From: Eledone cirrhosa
Lineage: Eukaryota
NCBI GenBank assembly: GCA_964016885.1
Contig: OZ024741.1
Location: 163,432,001-163,496,000 of the forward strand
Length of the DNA: 64,000 bases
Direction of reading: 5' to 3'
Shown: piece after piece, positions 27,542 to 37,159 of the stretch
Layout of the letters: each line of letters begins with the position of its first letter
Position numbering within the stretch: position 1 is the stretch's first letter
Notes under the pieces: model-generated
What the model saw: only the letters and a program-made list of their open reading frames with translations
Databases searched by the model: none
Told to the model about the DNA's origin: nothing
Made by a program: the position numbers and the translations under genes

Positions 27542-28798
27542 ATGGGGGATCCACACGTAGGGCCGTCACCAGGGGGAAGCGTAGCTATGTCACAAGGCGA
27601 TGTACCTCCGACAACAGGAGATATAAATCCTATAATATCTAAAAAGATTTCGAGAACATTTGTACATTACGTTAACTGTTTCGATCAACCGTTCGATACG
27701 GCGAAGTATAAAAAGAAAGATGGTGAATATTTAGAATTAGAAATAGATCACAGAGCAATGGTAATACCATACTACTATTTAAAAGTAAGCATGACTATTG
27801 CAGAGTTACAAACATATTTAACACCGGCAAACAATTTCAGAATTAAGTCGTGCGGATATCATATTTCAAATATAGTACCGTTATCAGATGAATTGGGGAC
27901 TTTACGGGGCACAACAACTACAAATACTACATTCAATACAAGGCCGTGGTTAACAACATATGTAGATACAAAATTTGCATTATTTCCAAACTCGACATAC
28001 GATATAGAAATACCAAATTATAGTTTCACAATTAATATACCGAGAACTAGAGAAGAGGGAAAATTAAAACACTCACATACTGGGAGATTAGTAAGAAAAG
28101 ATTGGTGGCTGTGGAACGATCAAAAAGCACCATCAGATACTTCTCAAGAAACTAACGCAGAACCTCTATTATCATATTTTAATACTGGAGATTGGAAACC
28201 GATATATGCGGGCCAAACGACGGCTTATACATGGATAAATAGATCACCCAGTTGGTTTAACCTCATGGGATATTATGCGTTTAGATGTAATTTCGATCCA
28301 CCGACTATTACTTTTCATAACGGATTGCCTACAGAGATTAATACATTGTCTGGAGGACAGAAATCACAATGGGCGCCAACATTAGCGGGTAAATGGTCAA
28401 GGGGTTTGGCAGTTGATAAACAGGCGGAAGAGGAAAATACTGTTAGATCACATTTAACTCAATTTCCTATCAATCCTTCTAATCCTCCGCCAATAGCATG
28501 TATAGACGGCATACCAATATTAGACTCACAAAACGCAATAGCAAAAATAACATTTATGTTAACAGTCACTTATACCTCAGAAATAGATTTCAAATATATA
28601 TTGGGTAGTCCACAAATGGTAGGATGGATGGCGTGGGGCAAAGACCATGCAATTATTCAAAATTCGGCTAAAACAAATATATGTAAATGGCCACAAGGTT
28701 TACGTAATTATGAAATTACACGAACACCAAAACACGACAGGCACTTCATTAATAGTAATATTACAACAACCTTCTTCATTTACATTACAGAAAACTAA
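27542..28798 (+). CDS. Parvovirus/densovirus-like major capsid protein
   Basis: Uninterrupted 418-aa T/N/P-rich ORF in frame with ATG 27173 of the PLA2 region and next to NS1. The segment IPYYYLKVSMTIAELQTYL..FRIKSCGYHIS resembles densovirus capsid strands (by eye). Confidence 0.78.
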   Translation: MGDPHVGPSPGGSVAMSQGDVPPTTGDINPIISKKISRTFVHYVNCFDQPFDTAKYKKKDGEYLELEIDHRAMVIPYYYLKVSMTIAELQTYLTPANNFRIKSCGYHISNIVPLSDELGTLRGTTTTNTTFNTRPWLTTYVDTKFALFPNSTYDIEIPNYSFTINIPRTREEGKLKHSHTGRLVRKDWWLWNDQKAPSDTSQETNAEPLLSYFNTGDWKPIYAGQTTAYTWINRSPSWFNLMGYYAFRCNFDPPTITFHNGLPTEINTLSGGQKSQWAPTLAGKWSRGLAVDKQAEEENTVRSHLTQFPINPSNPPPIACIDGIPILDSQNAIAKITFMLTVTYTSEIDFKYILGSPQMVGWMAWGKDHAIIQNSAKTNICKWPQGLRNYEITRTPKHDRHFINSNITTTFFIYITEN

Positions 28799-28811
28799 CC
28801 AAAAATGATAC

Positions 28812-30022
28812 ATGATGATATTTCCTTGGCTGAAAGAGAACGATTTCGAGTGGAACGAAGATGAAACTCCCTTTTTCGATACGAAACCGATTAAAACCAA
28901 CAAATATTGTCGTGACGAAGACATGTCGGAAACGAAAAACGTCTGGCACATGAACACTTTATGTAAATTACAAGAATTCATAGAAAAATACGACTGTTCC
29001 GTTATCTATCATCCAAAGGAGGCGAGAATATGCGATAAAAAGGAATGTAATTCTTACAATCATTTTCACATAGTATGGCTAGACACAGCAAGACCAGGCG
29101 AAAATCAAAAATTTAAATACATTCGAGCGACTTATTCAAAAGCTTGTTCGTTGAAACTGAAAATACCAGATTGTCAACGCATTAGATTTCCCAGTGCTAT
29201 GGCTAACTACCTCACACAAGAACCGCGTACGATAATTAAAGTCAGTAACGGACCGATTTTGCGACAATTCTCTTTTTGGTGTACAGCAGATTACATCCCA
29301 AAACCGACCAAAGAAGTAAAACCAGAAAATAGCGAAAAAGATGAGGAAAACGAACCGACTTTCAAATCGAGATCTGGGGCAACACTTACGTTGTTTAATT
29401 ACCTGAGGTACATGTTTACATCGAAAAACTTTCGCACAGATTACGAAATGAAACAGTTTTGGTTGACCCCAAAAAATAATGAAAATTTCATGAGAGCAAT
29501 ATCTCATCCTCAATACGAAAACGTAATGCGAAAAATAGAATGTGAAAAAATAAAAACGTTAGCCAAAACTTGGAGAGAGAAATTCAACAACATGAATTGG
29601 CAAATATTCAATGGTGGAGAATTTTTAGATCTTGAACACAGCATGATTGTATTTAAAACGATTATGTTAACCCAAAATCTTGACGAACAAGCATTTGTTC
29701 AAAATGTATGGGAACTATTAGAGAAAAAAAAAACAGAAAGAAATTTATTGGTATTACGCGGTTTACCAAATACTGGGAAATCAATGATAGCAATATCTAT
29801 TGGCGATATGTTCACTCATATCTCAACGATACAAGGTACAACAACTTTCCCGTTTCAAAATTTAATTAATATAGAATTAGGTCTAATGAGGAACCGAACT
29901 TTACCGTTGAAACACTTCAAACTTTCAAAAAACTTTCTGAAGGAGTAGATACGGAGGTTGCAGTCAAATACAAACTCGATCAGACTGTAAAACCAACGCC
30001 ATTAATCATAACAAATAATAAT
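28812..30022 (+). pseudogene. NS1: NS1/Rep: HUH endonuclease plus SF3 helicase, frameshifted and 3'-truncated
   Basis: HUH motif HFHIVW, motif 3 NYLTQ and Walker A GLPNTGKS. A 1-nt deletion at about 29888 hides Walker B LMEE, B' (FKKLSEG..VAVKYK) and motif C PLIITNN. The frame is cut by the hairpin repeat at 30023. Confidence 0.92.
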
Positions 30023-30310
30023 TGCCACCGGTCCGGTCGGGAGGGAGATTAGTACAATCATTCTATCGGATAGTTTGATTGTACTAACCTCCCTCCCTAC
30101 CGGACCGGTTGCAAAGCAGTGCCATATGCGCTTCTTTAAAAATAAAAAAAAGGAAGAAAGGTAGCAAGGCCGAGAGGTCTTGCTACCTTTCTTCCTTTTT
30201 TTAATTTTGTCTTAGTTCCAAACGCATATGGCACTGCTTTGCAGCCGGTCCGGTAGGGAGGGAGGTTAGTACAATCAAACTATCCGATAGAATGATTGTA
30301 CTAACCTCCC
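30023..30310. repeat. Right compound palindrome: hairpin A - hairpin B - hairpin A
   Basis: Hairpin A at 30023-30131; hairpin B (AAGGAAGAAAGGTAGCAAG-GCCGAGAGGT-CTTGCTACCTTTCTTCCTT) at about 30150-30198; hairpin A in the opposite form at 30223-30310. Confidence 0.9.
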
Positions 30311-30431
30311 TATTTTTTTTTTATTCATTTGTATGAAATCATCAAGAATGCCCTGATGATTTCATATAAATGAAGCAATTTTAGTCCTGTAGAAACCATT
30401 TCTATATTAAATTTTCATTATATATATATAT

Positions 30432-30966
30432 TTTTCTTCTTCGCCCACTTGTTCCTGAGAGGGTCGTGGGGCCAGAGTTCTCAAACACTCCCTCTAGCGT
30501 GTCTTGTCAGAAACAACCATCTCCAACTGATCCGGTTCGATCCTTAAGCATGACCAGACATGCTCATTGATGTTATCCAACGATCTTGGTTGGGGTCTAC
30601 CGCAGGGTCTCTGACCAGTTGGTTTTGCCCGTTAAATACATCCAGCGATTCTTTCCCAAGACATTCTAGCCCATAGTATCGGAGTTGTGATATCTCAATT
30701 CGGAGAAGTAGTGGCTCTACCTGGAGTGACTCTCTGATCTCCGAGCTACGCACTCTATTGGGTAATGTTACTCCAAAGACCCTTCGGAGGAATCCCATTC
30801 TGGTCGCTTGTGTTTGTGATTGTATTCTTTTGGTAATTACCCAAGATTCATGACCATACGTAAGGGTTGGCACAAAAACCAAATTGAAGATAGCGAGTTT
30901 TGCTTTTATGCTTACCTCCCTTCTAAGTACTGAATGTTGAAGCTGGTGCATTATTGCACCAGCTTT
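30432..30966 (-). mobile_element. RTE-clade LINE 3' fragment
   Basis: KAKLAIFNLVFVPTLTYGHESW..MGFLRRVFGVT..RVRSSEIRESLQVEPLLLRIEISQLR matches the RTE C-terminal region; GAAGAAGAAAA tail. Confidence 0.85.
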
Positions 30967-31172
30967 TACAATCAAACTATCCGATAGAATGATTGTACTA
31001 ACCTCCCTCCCGACCGGACCGGTTGCAAAGCAGTGCCATATGCACTTTGCAACCAGTTCGGTCGGGAGGGAGGTTAGTACAATCATTCTATCGGATAGTT
31101 TGATTGTACTAACCTCCCTCCCATCCGGACCGGTTGCAAAGCAGTGCCATATGCGTTTGGAACTAAGACAAA
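30967..31172. repeat. Two further hairpin A copies in opposite forms
   Basis: Copies at 30967-31043 and 31045-31155; the arm TTTGGAACTAAGACAAA is complementary to 30206-30222. Confidence 0.9.
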
Positions 31173-31750
31173 TGTCAACAAATCCTGTGTCCTCACTGCT
31201 CTCTTGTTCTTCTCTGAGACTTGGACCACACACGGGGATCATACCGCCTGCACGTTAACGCCCGCCCTCTGCCTCCGACCAGCCTTCCGTCGCCGATGCG
31301 TGTTCCGCCGATGATGCGTGCCGAGTCCGCCGCCGCCGACCGGTGTGGCTGCCGGGGATTCCAGCCAACGACGACGCCCGAACAGCGGCGGATTGATTCT
31401 TCTTCTATATCTCTTTCTCACTTTCTTTCTTCGGAAGAAATCGTCTGTTTCGATCTGGAAAGTAACGGATTCAGCCAGTAGGACGACGCCATCAGTTGTT
31501 AAAGGTCATGTACTTTTGTCATATTTGTTCTCTTATGTTGTGGGTAACCCATCAAATCTTGCGGGTTAATCAAATTTCGATAGGTTTACGAATATTTCAG
31601 AAGATATATTCACATGATATTACAAGGCAGCTGACCTAGATAACAGTGCATAGCTTTGTATTTTCTGAACCATGCCACCACAGTATCATATTTGATGTTT
31701 TCACTTGGTGAGAGTATTGTCTTGATGAGAATATCTACCGATATTGGTAG

Positions 31751-31820
<70 letters not shown>

Positions 31821-31856
31821 TGTGTGTGTGTGTGTGTATATGGTCAATAACCGATA

Positions 31857-32050
31857 GCGCATATGGCACTGCTTGGCAACCGGTCCGGTAGGGAGGGAGG
31901 TTAGTACAATCAAACTATCCGATAGAATGATTGTACTAACCTCTCTCCCGACCGCACCGGTTGCAAAGCAGTGCCATATGCGCTTTGCAACCGGTCCGGG
32001 CGGGAGGGAGGTTAGTACAATCATTCTATCCGATAGAATGATTGTACTAA
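31857..32050. repeat. Two further hairpin A copies
   Basis: Copies at 31857-31983 and 31983-32050; the latter has a fully symmetric tip. Confidence 0.9.
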
Positions 32051-32051
32051 C

Positions 32052-35000
32052 ATATGCACGCATCTCGGACATGCCTGGCTGACGGCACCTCCATGCCTGT
32101 AGAGTTTATCCCGAACTGGCAAAGCTCCTCGGTAGCACTGCCAGGCCAGGGATTTCTGGAATTTATCCATAGGCCCCGGCCCGAAAGTTCTTCCGAAGAG
32201 ATTGGCTAGTTGATTTTCGTCGACGCCTAAAGTTCCCCCAAGTACGTCGTCGCTCTTCCCCTCCACTAATCCTCTATAGAACGCCAAGATTGAGTTTCCA
32301 CCGATCACATTGCCCGATTGGTCGAGGGCTGTGAGTGCCTGAAGACATTCCACTCTCCAAGCTCGCCTTCTCGGTCTTCGCTTGTCCCAGGACTGCAGCT
32401 CTGTAAAGGAGACGAGCTGGGGAAAGACGCGTCTAGCAAACGGCGACCAGATCTGATCACCGTCGAGGAAGAGGTGGAGATGTCGTAGCCTGAGCGCGTG
32501 TCTGCGCATCATCAGCCACGGCACGCCCAGCCCTCCACGTAGCGGGTGTTGAAAGCAGATGGACCGCCGGACCATCGGAGCGCGTCCCTTCCACAAAAAG
32601 CGAAAGAGCAAACGCTCCAGCGCAGTCAGGTGAGGCTTAGGATTAGGTACGACGATCAGGCGGTAGTAGATGACGAACGCTATGTACGCGTTAGCCACCT
32701 CTGCTCGACCTTTCAGCGATAGCTTTCTCTCGGCCCATTTCTGGGTGAGGGAAGCCACCTTGCTCGTCACCTCGTTCCAGTTTTTCTCCATATGGAGGTC
32801 CGGCCCGAACCAGACCCCGAGTAATTTAACCGGTCCGTCCGTCCAACGCCCCACGACGCTGTCGGGCGGCATGGACTTGCCTCTCCAGGTGCCGAGCTGC
32901 AAGCCCACCGACTTTTCTTGGTTTATCTTTGCTCCTGTTACCGCTTCGTATTCTTTGAGAGCGGTGCCGAGCATCTGGACGAGTCTGGTGCTCGACACCA
33001 CCACGGTGACGTCGTCGACGTAAGCCGTTCGGATTTCCCGCATGCTAGTTCGCGAGGGACGCTCCTCATCGCCCAGAGTTTGTGCAGTAACACCTCAAGA
33101 GCCATTACGTACAAGGGGGACAACCTGGCGGACCGAGTGCATGATGCTGAGCGGCTGCGACAGGTGACCGTTCACCTTCACATCTGAAAACGGGCCCTAA
33201 ACCTGCTGCCTCGAGGACCGCCGCCAAGTATCGATGGTCGAACTTATCGAATGCTTTGGATTGATCCAAGTTGATCAGCCCCCCCCCCGTGCCAGCATCC
33301 TTAACCACCCTCTCTATGATGTATCGCATGAGGTGGAGGTTGTCGTGTATGGATCTGTCCGGAATGGCGCATGTCTGCGCCTCTCCCACCAGACCCTTGA
33401 CGACAAGCGCCAACCTCGTTGCTAATACCTTGCCCAAAATCTTGATCTCTGCGTTTAGCAGGGTTATGGGTCTGAAATTATCGATAACATCCCCCTTCTT
33501 CGTGTCTTTTCTCAGCAGCGCCACTGCTCCCCGGCTTACAAAACTGGGAATGCTCCCGTTCTGCTGCCAGTTGCAGTAGACGTCACTGAACAAGTCTGGC
33601 ATAAATTGATAAAGCTCGTAGGGCAGACCATCCAAACCTGGCGATTTACCCCTCGAGCAGTTAGGAATCGCTTCCCGTATTTCACCGGCTGTTATTGGCT
33701 TTTCGTAACACTGTGCCGCGGTCGTCGAGAGCCGAGGCAGTCCGTCGAGGTATGCACTGAAGTCCATGCCCCGATCCGGCCCGCCGCTGATCCCGAACAT
33801 TTCAACAAAGCGCTGCTAAAAAGCTTCTCACATCTGCTCGTGTTCGAGCAACACTCACCCGTTTTGGTCAGACAAGGACCGAATTGTGGCTTTGTTGCCA
33901 CGTCGCGCCTCTTCCACCGGGGCCCATTGGACAGCTTTTGTCCCCTCGTGTTTCAGAGCACGCGCTCTAGCTCTGACAACGCAGCCTTCGTGTTTTGCGT
34001 TGAAGAAATGGTCGAGTGCCAATCTCGCCGCAAGCACGTCGGTTGAGATGCCTGTCCTAAACGCCTCTTCTATCGTTCTGACTAGCTCTCCCTCTACTCT
34101 ATTTTCCTCTATCACTAGTCCTTTGCTAAACCTCATCGACTCTACTTTAATTGCCCTTTTCAGGGCGAACCACCATCTGTTGTTGACGATCGCTCCCGTC
34201 AACGTCCGCTTAACTAATACGCTATTCCGGTCTCTGTAAGCTTTGCGTGACGGAAAAGACGCGTTCAGCTTCCAGTAACCGGGCCCTTGTCTATGAAGTC
34301 TGTCTATGTCGATCTCACAGATCACAAATTTGTGGTCTGTGTAGTCGACTATTTTAAATTGTGGACAACTTATACTAGCCTTATCCAGTTCTCTGCAGAA
34401 TACCCTATCGAGATACGATCTGGATGACCCGATGCGGTTTGTCCATGTCCACATTGGCACATCCGGGTGATCCAGTCGATACCTGTCAGACAGTTCAAAA
34501 CGTCTGAGCAGGTTGGTGAGGCTTTTGCACCCTCCTCCCCTATCCACTAGCCCCACACAATCCCAGCGTGCATCCAAGATACCCACTAACACTAAAAGCG
34601 GGACGTTCCAAGAAAGGTCTCTAGACGTCTGAAGAAATCTGGCCGTCCTGCCCCTGTTTGGGCGTAGACGGCTACTAGCGTGAAAGCATTGCCTTCGCTG
34701 CTGGTCACGTCCAGCACCACCGACTTACCTTCTGGGTCTAGGAAGATGGCTAGTATGGCGAGATCCAAGCTTCTCCGAAAAAGCACGGCAACCCCTCCCC
34801 CGATCCTGGACGGCTGGGAGATGCGTATACATCGTAGCCGCCGAAGATCGGTGCGAAGGCTTGTGCTTCGGAGATTCTGGTCTCGCTGATGGCCACCACA
34901 TCTATGTTTAGTGACCTGAGGTCGTTGAGCAGGTGACCCTTTTCCAAGATGACCTCAGGCCACGTGCATTTATACTGCCTATTCTGAGTACAGCCATGTT

Positions 35001-36690
35001 GGATGAGAAACGGGGTAAGTGAGAAAGGGTCACTCACCTTGATCGTGTGGTGAAGGGGCAGTAGAACCGTCCCTTTGGCTGGTCATGGGTGATTCCAAGA
35101 TGATGCCAGTGTATATCCTCTTGGTAACCGACCCTCTGAAGTCTCCAACTGCGTTGGGGAATTTTTGTTTTAAAGGTTTGTACTGTTCTATTGAGATTTC
35201 AATTATGCTTATGTTTATCGGGAGAGTTCTTGGTGTGGTGGGATGTAGTAGTTTTTTTCTATGATGTCTATGTGCTGCTTTATATATTGTATGAGTTCTT
35301 TTTTTGCCATGTTTATGGCTGTGTACTTTTTGGGGGAGAGGTGATTTTGTTGCTGTTTTCTTCTTGTTGCTGTTTGGTGTGTGTGTTTTATTTTGTTTGC
35401 GTTGTTAGTGTTTTTGGTGATGCTGGTGGTGGTGTGGTTGATGTTGGCGGTGGTGCTTGTGGTGGTGATGGTGATGGTCGTGGTGTTGCTGCAAGTTTCA
35501 TTGCTGCCGTTACCCCTCTTTGTATGCCTTCACTTTTGGAGGGTGAATCTAAGGGTTTTTTTCTTTTTTCTTTTTTTGTGGCAGACCGTTTGCCACTTTA
35601 CTCCCGCCTCAAACTCCATGTCGGATTCCGTGGCGTCTGGGAAGGGTATGTGCTCCACGGCTGTTGGTGGTGGTAGTGGAGCCCTCTCCGGCAATTTTGT
35701 TGCTGGTGTAGCTACTTCAAATGTAGCTATTAGTGTTGCCGTTACTGATGCTGCTGCTTTAGTTGTCCGTGTCCTTGGTACGGGTTCCACGGACGTTGCC
35801 CTCCTACTCACCGTAGAAGGGGCTTCTGCGTTTGTTTCCTGCCTTGCTCTTGGTAGCAGCGGACCAGGTATTGGAAGGAGAGGGGCCTTCTTCTTCACTG
35901 TCTTCTGCGGGCAAAAGGCCCTGAGGTGACCCTTCGACCCACAGAGATAACATTTTGGCCGTCTTCCTTCTACGCTTATAGGGAGTTGGAGTCTTTCCTC
36001 GATGTCTATGATATCGGGGATAGCGTCGATACATTCCTGGTTAGTTTGTATAAGCATTTGCATGCCTATACCTGACCAGCTCTCTCTCCCTATTCTCTCT
36101 ACTTGCATCATGGTCGTCCTGTCCTCGATTACAGCAAGGACAGACGTGGCCAGCCAAGGTATGGGCACGTCGGGTGGGATCTGGGTCTCTTTGACCCTCA
36201 CAATTTTCTGCCTGCAGTAGGAGGGCACCAAGACTATCTCCTCACTCTTTAGGGTTTCCAAAGAGTGAGACTTCGCTTCTTGGGGAGTGGCGAAAAGTAC
36301 GTCTACTGTGGCGTACTTTATGCCTCGGGTGATGTGGGTTTTGCGTGCCCTGACGCACCCCAAGGCCTTTTGGATTTGAGCCTCCGTGGCTCTCTCCACC
36401 CGATATGAGATTTTGCTTACGGTGCGGTAAGTCATCTTCCGTAGCTGCTGGTCCTTGAAAAAATCGGGTGGAGGTTTCATGGAGACTCTATTGGCGCTTC
36501 TTTTCACCATGGCCCTTGCGACTGCCATCTCCTCCTCTGCGACTAACACTGCCTTGATATTTCGGGCGACACCTGCAAAATAAGTGGTCCATTTTTCATC
36601 AGCACCACTATTGCTGCCGTTACTGGTCTTACTGGTGGTGCTGAGATCGCATATATTAAACATACGCGACAAACCGCATAGATACACAGA
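32052..36690 (-). mobile_element. L1/Tx1-type LINE, near full length and degenerate
   Basis: ORF1 has a CCHC knuckle. ORF2 starts at ATG 34997 (MAVLRIGSINARGL, APE domain, SYLDR) and includes RT motifs KSPGLDGLP, NFRPITLLN, LDQSKAFD and YVDD, with frameshifts and an internal deletion. Confidence 0.9.
35530..36687 (-). CDS. L1/Tx1 ORF1 gag-like protein with zinc knuckle
   Basis: 385-aa ORF with CYLCGSKGHLRAFC, upstream of ORF2. Confidence 0.8.
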   Translation of the reverse strand: MYLCGLSRMFNICDLSTTSKTSNGSNSGADEKWTTYFAGVARNIKAVLVAEEEMAVARAMVKRSANRVSMKPPPDFFKDQQLRKMTYRTVSKISYRVERATEAQIQKALGCVRARKTHITRGIKYATVDVLFATPQEAKSHSLETLKSEEIVLVPSYCRQKIVRVKETQIPPDVPIPWLATSVLAVIEDRTTMMQVERIGRESWSGIGMQMLIQTNQECIDAIPDIIDIEERLQLPISVEGRRPKCYLCGSKGHLRAFCPQKTVKKKAPLLPIPGPLLPRARQETNAEAPSTVSRRATSVEPVPRTRTTKAAASVTATLIATFEVATPATKLPERAPLPPPTAVEHIPFPDATESDMEFEAGVKWQTVCHKKRKKKKTLRFTLQK

Positions 36691-37159
36691 TCAAACAAAC
36701 GCATACTACTACAGTCTATTCAACAAAACTCAGTAACGACAACGCCATCACTATAGTCACCGCCGCCACCACTCCATCATTGCTACCACTATCCCATCAC
36801 CGCCGCCACCACTCCTTCATTGCTACCACCACTATTCCCCCACTACTTTCTGTTAACTTAAGAAAGGGGAAAGTGACGGTATCACTAGACAAGGGAGAGG
36901 CTAGCAAAAGATATAAATAGACTGACTTAGTGACCCGGTCAAACGTCAACGACTGTGGAACTGCTGGCTCCCCCCTTCCACCCCAACAATAGAAAAAGCC
37001 CCAGCACCACCACGGACATAGCCATCAACAATAACAGGCAACTTCACCAAAATGTATATTATATTATTAATAATAATTTCATTCTTAAGCGACGCAATGC
37101 TCACATTAAGGAACCACTCATGATAATAACAATTTAAACAACAACAAAGAAGAAAACCC

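Larger units (their letters stand above)
26481..30310 (+). mobile_element. Endogenous parvovirus/densovirus-like element bracketed by hairpin-containing inverted repeats
   Basis: PLA2, capsid-like and NS1-like reading frames. 26481-26620 is the inverted counterpart of about 30040-30181. Confidence 0.88.

Noticed and set aside
28799-28811. VP-NS1 order as a circular permutation of a normal NS-VP genome
   Set aside because: There is no hairpin, promoter or polyadenylation signal in the 13-nt gap. It is disfavoured but not excluded.
29889-29948. C-terminus of the 378-aa NS1 ORF as given in the track (RNRTLPLKHFKLSKNFLKE)
   Set aside because: It is out-of-frame sequence after a 1-nt deletion; the true helicase motifs continue in another frame to 30022.
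26253-32082. Repeated peptides such as IVLTSLPTGPVAKQCHMR in several ORFs
   Set aside because: They are incidental translations of the non-coding hairpin A repeat.
35191-35929. Hydrophobic + strand ORFs of 161 and 182 aa
   Set aside because: They are antisense shadows of the Tx1 ORF1 and its low-complexity tail.
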